Source: an uncultured virus (IMG/VR IMGVR_UViG_3300013004_000029) (taxonomy: Duplodnaviria; Heunggongvirae; Uroviricota; Caudoviricetes). From it: DNA of 64,000 nucleotides. Below, piece after piece: positions 8,404 through 18,094 of this stretch; position 1 is the first letter of the stretch; every line of letters starts with the position of its first letter. The position numbers and the translations under genes were made by a program. The stretch is taken from the IMG/VR virus record IMGVR_UViG_3300013004_000029; one strand, given 5' to 3'. The notes beneath the pieces were generated by a model. It had not been told where the DNA came from. It was given only the letters and a program-made list of their open reading frames with translations, and did not search any database.

Positions 8404-8527
8404 AGTAAATACAATACGTTGAATCAATGGATTATAACGGTAACACAGAATGAAAACAAAATTTTCTATCTTTAATACGACCTGTGTTATCTACACATTT
8501 CTTTATTAAGAACTTATAGGAGAGTCT
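8392..8527 (+). promoter_or_regulatory. Putative promoter motif plus structured leader of nrdJ
   Basis: GGTGTATTA at 8392; GGTAACACAG(8439-48)/CTGTGTTATC(8482-91) stem enclosing a GAAAA/TTTTC hairpin; AGGAG SD. Confidence 0.35.
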
Positions 8528-10726
8528 ATGTCTGCTTTACAAGAGTTACAGAATTATACATTTGTTAGTAAATATGCCCGTTGGATAGAAGATAAGAATA
8601 GAAGAGAAACTTGGAAAGAAGCAGTCGATAGAGTTAGAGATATGATGCATACCAAATATGCAGACAAAAATATAGGCCCAGATATTGATTGGGCATATGA
8701 TATGATGTACAAAAAGAAAATCCTAGGTTCTCAAAGAGCATTACAATTTGGCGGGGAACCAATCTTAAAAAGAAATGCAAAGATATATAATTGCACAAGT
8801 TCGTATTGTGATCGCCTCAGATTTTTCCAAGAGTGTTTCTGGCTATTATTGTGCGGTAGTGGCACAGGCTTTAGTGTGCAAAAACACCATGTTGCTAAAT
8901 TGCCAACACTTTCTCAAGCAAAAAAAGATCAAGATACTGGCATTAAGTATATAATAGAAGATAGTATCGAAGGATGGTCAGATGCTCTTGGAGCATTGCT
9001 AAGTTCCTACTTTACTAAAGCTAGCGAAGAAAAGTTTAAGAAGTACAAAGATCAATATGTAGTATTTGATTACTCTAATATTAGAGGTAAAGGTGCCAAA
9101 CTATCTTCTGGTGTTGGTAAGGCTCCGGGATTTGAGCCACTACAAAATGGTCTTGAAAAGATTAGGGCACTTTTAGACAGATGCGTTGCTAGCGGTCAGA
9201 AAAAACTAAGACCTATTGATGCATACGATATTATTATGCATAGCAGTGATGCTGTATTATCTGGCGGCGTTAGAAGAAGCGCATCATTAGCTCTATTTAG
9301 TGCTGATGATGAAGAAATGGCAAAAGCCAAAACAGGTAATTGGTATATGGAAAATCCACAAAGAGCAAGAAGCAATAATTCAGCTCTTCTTTTAAAAGAT
9401 AGTACATCATTTGACGAATTCAAAGCATTGATGGAAAGTGTCAAGGAGTTTGGGGAACCAGGATTCATATGGAGTGATTCAACAGAAATGACATTTAATC
9501 CATGTGTAGAAGTTGGTATGTGGCCGGTGGACGAAGAAACTGGTGAGTCCGGTTGGCAAGGGTGTAATCTATCAACCATCAACTGTTCATCTGTTACAGA
9601 CGAAAATGATTTTTATGAAAGATGCAAAGCAGCAGCCATTATTGGCACACTGCAAGCAGGATTTACCAACCTTGAATATCTGGGAGAAATTAGTCAAAAA
9701 ATCTTCCAGAGAGAAGCACTACTAGGTGTTTCTTTGACCGGGATTATGGAAAAGCACGACATAGTTTTAACAGAAAACGTATTAAAGCAAGGTGCCAAAA
9801 TCGCTGTAGAAACTAACAAAGAACTATCAAAAAAGATCAATATCAATCAAGCTGCCAGAGTTACTTGCCTCAAACCAGAAGGAACTTCTTCTAGTATGCT
9901 TGGTACTTCGTCTGGTATTCATCCTCACCATGCTAAACGATATATAAGACACGTACAGGCCAATGTTTTAGAGGCACCGTACCAACACTTTAAAAAGTTA
10001 AACCCCCAAGCCTGCGAAAGATCTTCTTGGTCAGCAAATAATACTGACGAAGTAATCAAGTTCCCCATAGAGGTTCCAGATGGAGCAAAGTTAAAGAATC
10101 AACTGCCTGCGGTTGAAATGTTAACTATTGTAAAGGAAACACAGAAAAATTGGGTGTACTCTGGTAAAAACAGATCTCTTTGCACACAAGAATATCTGAG
10201 TCATAATGTAAGTAATACCGTTACTGTTAAACCAGATGAATGGAAGGATGTTACTAAATACATTTATGATAATCGAAAATATTTTGCTGGTATTAGTTTA
10301 ATACCTCAAAGCGGAGACAAAGACTATCCTCAAGCACCATTTACTACTGTATATACTAGTAGAGAAATAGTGAAGGAGTATGGAGATGCGGCTCTGTGGT
10401 GTTCTGGACTGATAGAACTTGGTTTAAATGCTTTTGATAATAATCTATGGGCAGCATGTGATTATGTATCTATGAACCAAGCAAAAGAAAATGATTCTGA
10501 AAATAAGCTTAAGTTCGTTACCAAAATGAAAAATTTTGCTGGTAAGTATTTTGATGGAGACGTCAGAAGACTCACCTATTGTATGAAAGATGTTTATAAT
10601 TGGAAAATTTATTGTGATCTATTCGATAGTTTTAAGAAAGTCGATTATACGCAACTGGCTGAGACAGAGGATAATACTGCCGGAATAGAGGAAATTAGTT
10701 GCGCTGGCGGCGCTTGTCTAATTTAA
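8528..10726 (+). CDS. nrdJ: Class II (adenosylcobalamin-dependent) ribonucleotide reductase, monomeric RTPR type
   Basis: YNC, CGSGTGF, SGGVRRSA, NPCVE (thiyl Cys), GCNL, KPEGT, C-terminal CAGGAC; no adjacent beta subunit. Confidence 0.92.
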   Translation: MSALQELQNYTFVSKYARWIEDKNRRETWKEAVDRVRDMMHTKYADKNIGPDIDWAYDMMYKKKILGSQRALQFGGEPILKRNAKIYNCTSSYCDRLRFFQECFWLLLCGSGTGFSVQKHHVAKLPTLSQAKKDQDTGIKYIIEDSIEGWSDALGALLSSYFTKASEEKFKKYKDQYVVFDYSNIRGKGAKLSSGVGKAPGFEPLQNGLEKIRALLDRCVASGQKKLRPIDAYDIIMHSSDAVLSGGVRRSASLALFSADDEEMAKAKTGNWYMENPQRARSNNSALLLKDSTSFDEFKALMESVKEFGEPGFIWSDSTEMTFNPCVEVGMWPVDEETGESGWQGCNLSTINCSSVTDENDFYERCKAAAIIGTLQAGFTNLEYLGEISQKIFQREALLGVSLTGIMEKHDIVLTENVLKQGAKIAVETNKELSKKININQAARVTCLKPEGTSSSMLGTSSGIHPHHAKRYIRHVQANVLEAPYQHFKKLNPQACERSSWSANNTDEVIKFPIEVPDGAKLKNQLPAVEMLTIVKETQKNWVYSGKNRSLCTQEYLSHNVSNTVTVKPDEWKDVTKYIYDNRKYFAGISLIPQSGDKDYPQAPFTTVYTSREIVKEYGDAALWCSGLIELGLNAFDNNLWAACDYVSMNQAKENDSENKLKFVTKMKNFAGKYFDGDVRRLTYCMKDVYNWKIYCDLFDSFKKVDYTQLAETEDNTAGIEEISCAGGACLI

Positions 10727-10749
10727 CTTTATTCATAAAGGTATCCACA

Positions 10750-11487
10750 TTGAGAAAAAATAACAAAAACAAAAGAAAAAATAATAAAGCTATTGATTTA
10801 ACAAAAGACCTTGGTGGTAATATACAATCTATTGGAGACGGTTATAGAAATAGGTTAAAACCTAGAAGTGAAAATCAAAAAGACTATATCAGAACTATAG
10901 CAGAAAATACTATTACCTTTTGCCAAGGCTTGGCTGGTAGTGGTAAAACACATATAGCTATCGGTATGGCTTTGGAATACCTATTAGAAGAAAAAGTTAA
11001 AAAAATTATTATTACTAGACCAGTTATAGAAGCAGGAGAAAAAATCGGTTATTTACCAGGAACAGCAGAAGAAAAATTACATCCGTACCTATTACCCATC
11101 TTAGACGAAGTTAACTATTTTATTAATACAGCTCAATATATTTCATTGAAGACGAATAATAAGATAGAAATTGTACCTCTAGGTTTGATGAGAGGTCGCA
11201 ATTTTCATAATTGTTTTATTGTAGCAGATGAGTGTCAAAATGCTTCATATGAACAATTAAAAATGTTACTAACTAGAGTCGGTAGAGAAAGTAAGCTAGT
11301 CTTAACTGGTGACGTTGGTCAGTCTGATCTTATGAGACATCTACAAGGTGGATTCATAGAGATGATCAATGCACTAGAATCACTAGAGGGTATTGGGTTT
11401 GCTAAATTAGAATCTTCTGATATTGTAAGAAATCCAATCATAGCAGGTATATTAGCCAGACTAGATAATTATGAGCGTAAACCATAA
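10750..11487 (+). CDS. phoH: PhoH-like ATPase
   Basis: GLAGSGKT, ITRPVIE, IGYLPG, MRGRNF, DECQN, TGDVGQSD, VRNP; likely start TTG10750 after AAAGG. Confidence 0.92.
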   Translation: MRKNNKNKRKNNKAIDLTKDLGGNIQSIGDGYRNRLKPRSENQKDYIRTIAENTITFCQGLAGSGKTHIAIGMALEYLLEEKVKKIIITRPVIEAGEKIGYLPGTAEEKLHPYLLPILDEVNYFINTAQYISLKTNNKIEIVPLGLMRGRNFHNCFIVADECQNASYEQLKMLLTRVGRESKLVLTGDVGQSDLMRHLQGGFIEMINALESLEGIGFAKLESSDIVRNPIIAGILARLDNYERKP

Positions 11488-12055
11488 AAAATGTTTAGTA
11501 CTAAATGCTGATTACTCGCCAATGTGCGTTATATCTTGGAGAAAGGCATTAATATGGTCTATCAAAAATTCTTATAATAAAAACGTTGGTATAGAAATAT
11601 TAGATTTTTATAAGAATGACTTTATCAATGCCCCAAACGGTAAGAGATTTCCCGTCCCATGTATTGCTAAAACCTCAAGATATAAAAAGTATAATCATCT
11701 GGTAGTTAATTTTTCAAGAAAAAATTTATTTATTAGAGATGATCACACATGTCAATATTGTGGCGAATATAAAGATATGGCCCAATTAACATATGATCAT
11801 GTTATACCAAAATCACAGTGGGACTATTCTAATGGAACACCTACTAATTGGACAAATATAGTGACTGCATGTTTAGCGTGTAATAGGAAAAAGGGGAGTA
11901 AAACACCCAAACAAGCTAATATGCCATTATTAAATTTACCATATAGACCAACTAAAACCGCAAAGTACTTGCCATTGAAGTCATATCTCTCTAAGATAAA
12001 GGAAGAAATACCGGAAGAGTGGACTTTATATTTGCCAGCCGCATATTTATCATGA
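11471..12055 (+). CDS. HNH endonuclease (McrA/HNH_5-like)
   Basis: LVLNADY, FIRDDHTCQYCG, LTYDHVIPKS, WTNIVTACLACNRKKG. Confidence 0.9.
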   Translation: MSVNHKKCLVLNADYSPMCVISWRKALIWSIKNSYNKNVGIEILDFYKNDFINAPNGKRFPVPCIAKTSRYKKYNHLVVNFSRKNLFIRDDHTCQYCGEYKDMAQLTYDHVIPKSQWDYSNGTPTNWTNIVTACLACNRKKGSKTPKQANMPLLNLPYRPTKTAKYLPLKSYLSKIKEEIPEEWTLYLPAAYLS

Positions 12056-12459
12056 ACATTCATAAAATAAAAAACGACACCAAAGAATCAATTTACTATA
12101 CCCTAATTGGCAATGAAGACTTTCTTGATGAAAGCGGAAATCCATGCAAAAAAATTCAAGATAATTTTGTCTACGCTAAGGCTGTTAAAAATAAATTGCC
12201 AAAAGCTTTTCAGTCTAATACATTCAATAATGAATCTGTTGGATACTCATTTTATATTAAGGTATTACCCAATAAAACACTGTATAATCCAATACAACTA
12301 TATTCTGTGAAAAGCTCCAAACCAAGTTTTATAGATTCAGTATGTAAAAACAATGATCGTTTTATAGAAGTGAATCAAGCAATATTCGATAAATATATCA
12401 CATTTTTAAGAACAAAAAATATTCAATGGCTCACGGAAGCGCAGAGAGAAATTAAGTAA
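12052..12459 (+). CDS. Hypothetical protein, paralog of 12797..13207
   Basis: ATGA overlap with the HNH stop; shared motifs YT.IG.ED, YAK, LYNPI, VCK, FD.Y..FL.TKN..WL..A.RE. Confidence 0.75.
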   Translation: MNIHKIKNDTKESIYYTLIGNEDFLDESGNPCKKIQDNFVYAKAVKNKLPKAFQSNTFNNESVGYSFYIKVLPNKTLYNPIQLYSVKSSKPSFIDSVCKNNDRFIEVNQAIFDKYITFLRTKNIQWLTEAQREIK

Positions 12460-12812
12460 TGCCTTGTTATACATATCTTTGCAGTAAGTGCGAAAATAAA
12501 TTTGAAATAGTATGTTCTATTAGAGAATATAAAGAAAATGTTAAGTGTGAATCTTGCGGTAGCAAAAATACTTCAAGATGTTATCATGACGATCTATCTA
12601 CTCTAAATACATCTGTTAGACTATCAGATAGTGAAATAAAAACAATAGGACATTTAGCTAATAGAAATAGTGAAAGAATGAGCGATGATCAAAAAATAGC
12701 ACTCTATAAGAAACACAATAGTTATAAAGACGAAGCTCCGAAAAAAGAATTGCCATCAGGCATGAGTAGAATGAAAAAATCAAAGGGTAAAATAAAATGG
12801 AACACAGAATAA
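12459..12812 (+). CDS. FmdB-family zinc-ribbon protein
   Basis: MPCYTYLCSKCENKFE...CESCGS. Confidence 0.8.
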   Translation: MPCYTYLCSKCENKFEIVCSIREYKENVKCESCGSKNTSRCYHDDLSTLNTSVRLSDSEIKTIGHLANRNSERMSDDQKIALYKKHNSYKDEAPKKELPSGMSRMKKSKGKIKWNTE

Positions 12813-13207
12813 ATAAATTAGATAGTAGCTGTATTTTCCAGTCTCAAAAACCAAAAGTGGACAAACCAAGAACAGAAAGCTATTTTACCATTATTGGTAG
12901 CGAAGACTATCAAGATAAAGAGTTTAATCCTAGAACTAAAGAAGAGAATGAAAATACATATGCTAAATCAATATATATACCAGATAATAACTCTACTAGG
13001 TATTATGTTAAATTGGATTCTAGAGGTAAGCTATATAATCCAATAGGCACATATCAAGATAATCAACAACATCAGTTTATCAATAGGGTTTGTAAAGAAC
13101 AAACAAGGTATAAAGATGTTAGCCCAAAGATATTTGATATGTATCTAAATTTTCTCAAAACAAAAAATGAATCGTGGCTTAACAATGCAGAAAGGGAGAT
13201 GATATAA
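12797..13207 (+). CDS. Hypothetical protein, paralog of 12052..12459
   Basis: Same motif series as 12052..12459. Confidence 0.75.
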   Translation: MEHRINKLDSSCIFQSQKPKVDKPRTESYFTIIGSEDYQDKEFNPRTKEENENTYAKSIYIPDNNSTRYYVKLDSRGKLYNPIGTYQDNQQHQFINRVCKEQTRYKDVSPKIFDMYLNFLKTKNESWLNNAEREMI

Positions 13208-13578
13208 TGGCAAGAATAAGTAAAGCTAATACATATGCTATAAACTGGCTGGCTCAACAAAATAAAACTAAAGAAGAAATAGCTCAAGAACTTAAGCTTA
13301 GTATAGATCAGGTGTCTAAAGTTCTAGAACAATTTAATGCTGTTAATAAAGATGGTCCTGCGGTTAAAACTGCTCAAGAACCAACATCAAGTAGATCTAA
13401 AAGTCTCATGATTAATACAACAATGGGTAAAAAAACCAATACTGTATCTATTATGACGAAAGACGCTTCGGAATACAATGATGCTGTTAAAAAGAATGCT
13501 CCACCAGCCAATCCAAAAAATAATAGATATATGAATGGAATTTTTGTTCCTAGTGAGGCAAAAAAGAAAAAGGAATAA
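13207..13578 (+). CDS. Hypothetical protein with N-terminal HTH-like segment
   Basis: KTKEEIAQELKLSIDQVSKVL. Confidence 0.6.
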   Translation: MARISKANTYAINWLAQQNKTKEEIAQELKLSIDQVSKVLEQFNAVNKDGPAVKTAQEPTSSRSKSLMINTTMGKKTNTVSIMTKDASEYNDAVKKNAPPANPKNNRYMNGIFVPSEAKKKKE

Positions 13579-13581
13579 TAT

Positions 13582-13962
13582 ATGGATTTACAAAAGCTGG
13601 CCAAAGATCCAAAAAAATTACAAGAATTAATATCACTACTTTCGTCTCTACTTCCAGAAGAAGACAATGACGAAAATGAAGATACTTTGCCCGAAGATCC
13701 AATAAAGGATAGCAGCAAAAAATTTAACAACAAAAAGAAAAGAGTAAATAAGTTTGCTGATATGCCAGAAGCAAATATGCATAAAGAAGATATAGAAATA
13801 GATAAAAAATTATGCAAATACCCCCCTACTGCAAGGAATAGACCTGTTGACTTTGTGGAAGTTACATGCAGAGTGTGTAATAAAACCGAAAAAATAAGCG
13901 CCAATATGGTTGACTCTAGAGAAAGATATAAGTGTAATAATTGTTCGACATCACCAGGATAA
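13582..13962 (+). CDS. Hypothetical protein with C-terminal zinc ribbon
   Basis: CRVC...CNNC; AAGGA SD. Confidence 0.7.
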   Translation: MDLQKLAKDPKKLQELISLLSSLLPEEDNDENEDTLPEDPIKDSSKKFNNKKKRVNKFADMPEANMHKEDIEIDKKLCKYPPTARNRPVDFVEVTCRVCNKTEKISANMVDSRERYKCNNCSTSPG

Positions 13963-13966
13963 TATT

Positions 13967-14323
13967 ATGGAAGAACAACAGAAAACTGAAAAAGAACAGA
14001 TAGAAGAAATAATTTCTAAATTCATAGAAGATAAACAGAAAGACAAAGACGTTTATTTTCGTGGGGCATACGGTGAACTGTTTGAAGAAGAAGAGAAACA
14101 TACCGATTACCAACACGAAATCTTTACCAAGATCGTATTTCAAGTACTATCATTAAACGAAAAGGGTCAATCCTATAAGATTCCAAAACTGGTAGAAAAA
14201 AATTATTACATCCCATTACCAGCAAAAGAAGACTTTGATAAATTTATCGAACTATTCGACAAACACCTACAAGAAGCACTAACGTCAGCAAGTAAAGAAG
14301 TACTAAAAACAGACAAGGTATGA
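13967..14323 (+). CDS. Hypothetical acidic protein
   Basis: Start re-assigned to ATG13967 after CAGGA. Confidence 0.65.
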   Translation: MEEQQKTEKEQIEEIISKFIEDKQKDKDVYFRGAYGELFEEEEKHTDYQHEIFTKIVFQVLSLNEKGQSYKIPKLVEKNYYIPLPAKEDFDKFIELFDKHLQEALTSASKEVLKTDKV

Positions 14324-14739
14324 AGTACCCATCTAGATATTCCAATGACAAATTCGTTTCTGCTGCACAATACATAACAGAAATGATTTGTGAGAAAAAA
14401 GCCAAAATGGATAAGCAGGATTTGCATTATAGATTTTGGACTAATAAAAAGTGGTCAGCTTTTTTTCGTAATCAAATAGCAACAGCAAACAAGCTCATTA
14501 AAGAATACGGAGAAAAACCTGTTATAAGGGCTATGAACAACCCGAAAACAGAAAGAATCTACTCCTTGCGAGCGCCTCATCTGATTCCTATAATTGAACA
14601 AGAAGCCAAATTGCTCGAAGAGGAAAATGATGTTTTGACCAAAAAATTTGAGCGCAAAGAAGATGTTTCTCATAGGCAAACGATCAATCTGAAAAAAAAT
14701 ATTTTATCAAAATTAGAGGATATAGAAAATGGGTCTTAA
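14320..14739 (+). CDS. Hypothetical protein upstream of recA
   Basis: ATGA overlap; operon packing. Confidence 0.7.
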   Translation: MKYPSRYSNDKFVSAAQYITEMICEKKAKMDKQDLHYRFWTNKKWSAFFRNQIATANKLIKEYGEKPVIRAMNNPKTERIYSLRAPHLIPIIEQEAKLLEEENDVLTKKFERKEDVSHRQTINLKKNILSKLEDIENGS

Positions 14740-15742
14740 AGAAGGTGTCATCAAGGATTTTGGTTCTGATATCATTTTATCGGGAAGTGCTGTGGTGGAT
14801 AAGCCATCTCTGGTCATTCCTGTAAGCCCTGCTCTGGACGTTATTTTAAATGGTGGTATCCCAGAAGGTAGTTTTGTTGTTTTAACCGGACAACCCAAAT
14901 GCGGCAAAACCACAACGTCTTTGTCCTTCTGTGCGACAGCACAAAAAAAAGAATATCAGGGCGATCTTAAAAAGCCACGAGTTGTGTACTACCTAAATAT
15001 TGAAGGTAGATTGAAAAAAAGAGATCTTGAAGGCATACCGGGATTAGATTTATCTAGGTTTGAAGTTATAGGATCTCAACAGGGAAAAATTTTACATGCC
15101 GAAGAATATCTTCAAATAGCAGAAAGAATTATTAATGAAGAACCAGGGTCAGTAATAATCATAGACTCATATTCTGCTTTATGTACAGAAGCAGAAATTA
15201 CATCCGATATGGATAAAATGCAAAGAGCAGACGGTGCTAAATTATTAGCAAAATTTTGCAGAAAGGTTGCTAATGTTATTCCTGTAAATAAAAATATAGT
15301 CATAGGTATCACTCATTTAATGGGCAATCCCACAGGCTATGGTGCAGAGTTCAAAGAGAAGTCTGGTCAGGCTATAGCATATCAAACAGATATTAAATTA
15401 CGAGCCAAAAGTTTCAGCCCATGGACTCTTGGTGCTGATGGGAATCAAATAGGTCAAGAAATAACGTGGCAAGTTGTATGTTCTGCTCTTGGACCGCCAG
15501 GAGGGACAATTACATCATATTTAAGATATGGACAAGGTATTGACAAGCATACAGAACTTATTGTATTAGCATCTGATATGGGGTTAATTAATAAGGGTGG
15601 TGCTTGGTATACCCTCGACTTTTTAGAAGCCAAACCAAAACTTCAAGGTTTGGAAAAAGTCAGACAATACATTCTAGATAATCCAGAAGCTTATGATAAG
15701 TTATATAACGAAGTTAAAAACATGATGGGTATCAAATGCTAG
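14729..15742 (+). CDS. recA: RecA/UvsX-like recombinase
   Basis: GGIPEG, Walker A GQPKCGKTT, Walker B IIIDSYSAL, GLINKGGAWY, KLQG. Confidence 0.9.
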   Translation: MGLKEGVIKDFGSDIILSGSAVVDKPSLVIPVSPALDVILNGGIPEGSFVVLTGQPKCGKTTTSLSFCATAQKKEYQGDLKKPRVVYYLNIEGRLKKRDLEGIPGLDLSRFEVIGSQQGKILHAEEYLQIAERIINEEPGSVIIIDSYSALCTEAEITSDMDKMQRADGAKLLAKFCRKVANVIPVNKNIVIGITHLMGNPTGYGAEFKEKSGQAIAYQTDIKLRAKSFSPWTLGADGNQIGQEITWQVVCSALGPPGGTITSYLRYGQGIDKHTELIVLASDMGLINKGGAWYTLDFLEAKPKLQGLEKVRQYILDNPEAYDKLYNEVKNMMGIKC

Positions 15743-16158
15743 TAAAGGATTTAGACGGCAATTCTCACAATTGGCAACTTATTGGTAATATGGCTCATAG
15801 TAAATTGGCAAATAAATCTAGCTTACACGTTCAGGCTAGGGGTGTGATCAAGAATATTTTTCCGACCTTGGTGGCACTCGAAGAAGTACCTATAATACTT
15901 CGAAAGTCAGAAACTCTCTATCTAGACTTTTATTTGCCCTTAATTAAATTCTGTATTGAAGTACATGGTGAACAACATTATAAATTTGTTGCACACTATC
16001 ATTCTAATCAATTAGGATTTATGAAGCATAAAAAGAGAGATAGAGATAAAATGGAATGGTGTCGTATAAATGATATAGTATATATCGAATTGCCATTCAA
16101 TGAAAGTATAGATCAGTGGACACAAAGGATTTTAAATGAATACCAAAGAACAAGTTGA
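15736..16158 (+). CDS. PD-(D/E)xK Vsr/DUF559-like endonuclease
   Basis: LDFYLP...IEVHGEQHY...RDRDKMEWC...IELPF. Confidence 0.75.
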   Translation: MLVKDLDGNSHNWQLIGNMAHSKLANKSSLHVQARGVIKNIFPTLVALEEVPIILRKSETLYLDFYLPLIKFCIEVHGEQHYKFVAHYHSNQLGFMKHKKRDRDKMEWCRINDIVYIELPFNESIDQWTQRILNEYQRTS

Positions 16159-16630
16159 ATCCTGGGACACGATTCTTGATGAGTATGAACAGAGCATAGG
16201 ATTTGAAAAGTACAAATCAGACGCTTTTTCTGAAACAGAACTTCAGAGCTACTTAACAATGAACAGAGATGTTTTAGAAAAACTAACTCCGGAAGATTGC
16301 GCTCAAATAGCATATCGTTTAGCCCAATTCTCTTTTCATGTTCAACGAACCCTTAACAGGGAAATAGCAAGATTGAATTGGTCTGAAGAAACTATCAAAG
16401 ATGTTATAGCTGATGAAATAAACAATTATAAGGGATATGGATATATGGAAAAATCTCTTCAAGCTATAAAAAATAATGATAAAGCATTAGCCCTTAATAA
16501 AATCAAAAAATATGCGAAACAACGAAGCGACAGACTACAATACTTAGCAGGAAATATTAAAAACTTATCCGATATTTTATTGTCAATACAAAAAACAAAG
16601 ATAGCATCATCTCATTCAAAGTTGGGGTAA
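16136..16630 (+). CDS. Helical coiled-coil protein, possibly a UvsY-like recombination mediator
   Basis: All-helical 164 aa between recA and dnaB; function inferred from context only. Confidence 0.4.
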   Translation: MNTKEQVESWDTILDEYEQSIGFEKYKSDAFSETELQSYLTMNRDVLEKLTPEDCAQIAYRLAQFSFHVQRTLNREIARLNWSEETIKDVIADEINNYKGYGYMEKSLQAIKNNDKALALNKIKKYAKQRSDRLQYLAGNIKNLSDILLSIQKTKIASSHSKLG

Positions 16631-16633
16631 TTT

Positions 16634-18094
16634 ATGATTTTAGCTGATCCTGCCGCAGAAAGAGCGGTACTAGCAGGCATTTGCACATATGGGCAAGATG
16701 CATATTTAGACGTAGCAGATATTGTTCAGGATACTTCCTTTACAATTGATAGTAACAGTATTATATTTAAATGTCTCAAAACGCTGTGCGAAAATAATCA
16801 GGCTACAATAGATATAGCCTCCATTTATTCTATAGCACAGGAGATAGGTGTCGCTCACATACTTAGTAAAAAAGAAGAGACACAACATCTAAAGGCAGTA
16901 ATAGATTTTCCAGTAAGTCTAGATAATGTTAGAAAATTTGCTGCAAAAATTCGTAAGCTAGAAATAGCTAGACTATTGAGAAAACAATTAGAACTAGCTC
17001 AAGAAAAAATTCTAGATATAACTGGAAATGAAGCAATCTCTTCTATAGTTGGTATTGCTGAAGATAGTATTTTTAACTTTTCTTCACTACTAGTAGATAG
17101 TGATACCGGACCAGAAAATATAGGAAACTCTCTAGAAGAGTATGTAGAACAACTTGAACTACATAAAATTGATCAAGTTGGTATTCCCACAGGATTCCCC
17201 ATCTATGATCAATCCATAGGTGGAGGTTTAAGAAAAGGTACTGTTAATGTTATAGCAGCAAGACCCAAGACCGGTAAAACGCTATTGTCTGATAATATGG
17301 GTGCGAATATAGCCCAACGAGGCATACCAGTATTGAACATGGATACTGAAATGACAAAAGAAGATCATATCCATAGACTATTAGCCATGATGACAGAAAT
17401 AGAAATCAATGCTATAGAAACTGGTAAATTTGCAGAGTCTCCAGACAAGAAGATGAAAATATCCAAGGCTATAGAAGCTATTAAAAACAGTAAGCTATAT
17501 CATAAAAGTATTGCTGGTAAGCCATTTGAAGATCAGCTGTCAATAATGAGAAGATGGCTTGTCAAAGAAGTGGGGCTCAACCCAGATGGAACCGCTAAAG
17601 ACTGTGTTATATTTTATGATTATTTGAAGTTAATGGATTCGGCTGGTATATCACAAGATATGAAGGAATACCAAGTGCTAGGATTCATGATGACAAGCTT
17701 GCATAACTTTGCGGTAAGGTATAAAATACCCGTAGTCGCCTTTATCCAGCTAAATAGGGATGGTATAACCAAGGAGTCTACTGATACCGCTTCTGGTTCA
17801 GATAGAATCATATGGTTGTGTAGTAATTTTACTATCTTCAAAAGAAAGTCTGATGAAGAAATTGCTGAAGATGGACCGGCTAGTGGCAATAGAAAATTAG
17901 TACCCCTAATTAGCAGACATGGTGGTGGTCTTGACGATAATGACTATATTAATTGTCATATGAAGGGTTGGTGTGCAAAGATCACAGAAGGTAAAACAAA
18001 ACTAGAATTGAAAAGTTCAAGCAACAAAAAACAAGACGGATTTATTGTAGACGATAACAATGAAAACAATGACACAGAAATTCCATTCGTATAA
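16634..18094 (+). CDS. dnaB: Replicative DnaB-like helicase
   Basis: AERAVLAG, GIPTGF..D, ARPKTGKT, DTEM, YDYLKLM, QLNR, SRHG. Confidence 0.92.
   Translation: MILADPAAERAVLAGICTYGQDAYLDVADIVQDTSFTIDSNSIIFKCLKTLCENNQATIDIASIYSIAQEIGVAHILSKKEETQHLKAVIDFPVSLDNVRKFAAKIRKLEIARLLRKQLELAQEKILDITGNEAISSIVGIAEDSIFNFSSLLVDSDTGPENIGNSLEEYVEQLELHKIDQVGIPTGFPIYDQSIGGGLRKGTVNVIAARPKTGKTLLSDNMGANIAQRGIPVLNMDTEMTKEDHIHRLLAMMTEIEINAIETGKFAESPDKKMKISKAIEAIKNSKLYHKSIAGKPFEDQLSIMRRWLVKEVGLNPDGTAKDCVIFYDYLKLMDSAGISQDMKEYQVLGFMMTSLHNFAVRYKIPVVAFIQLNRDGITKESTDTASGSDRIIWLCSNFTIFKRKSDEEIAEDGPASGNRKLVPLISRHGGGLDDNDYINCHMKGWCAKITEGKTKLELKSSSNKKQDGFIVDDNNENNDTEIPFV

Noticed and set aside
8404..8527. Cobalamin riboswitch or NrdR box
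   Set aside because: Too short and AT-rich, no B12-box consensus, and no clear NrdR palindrome
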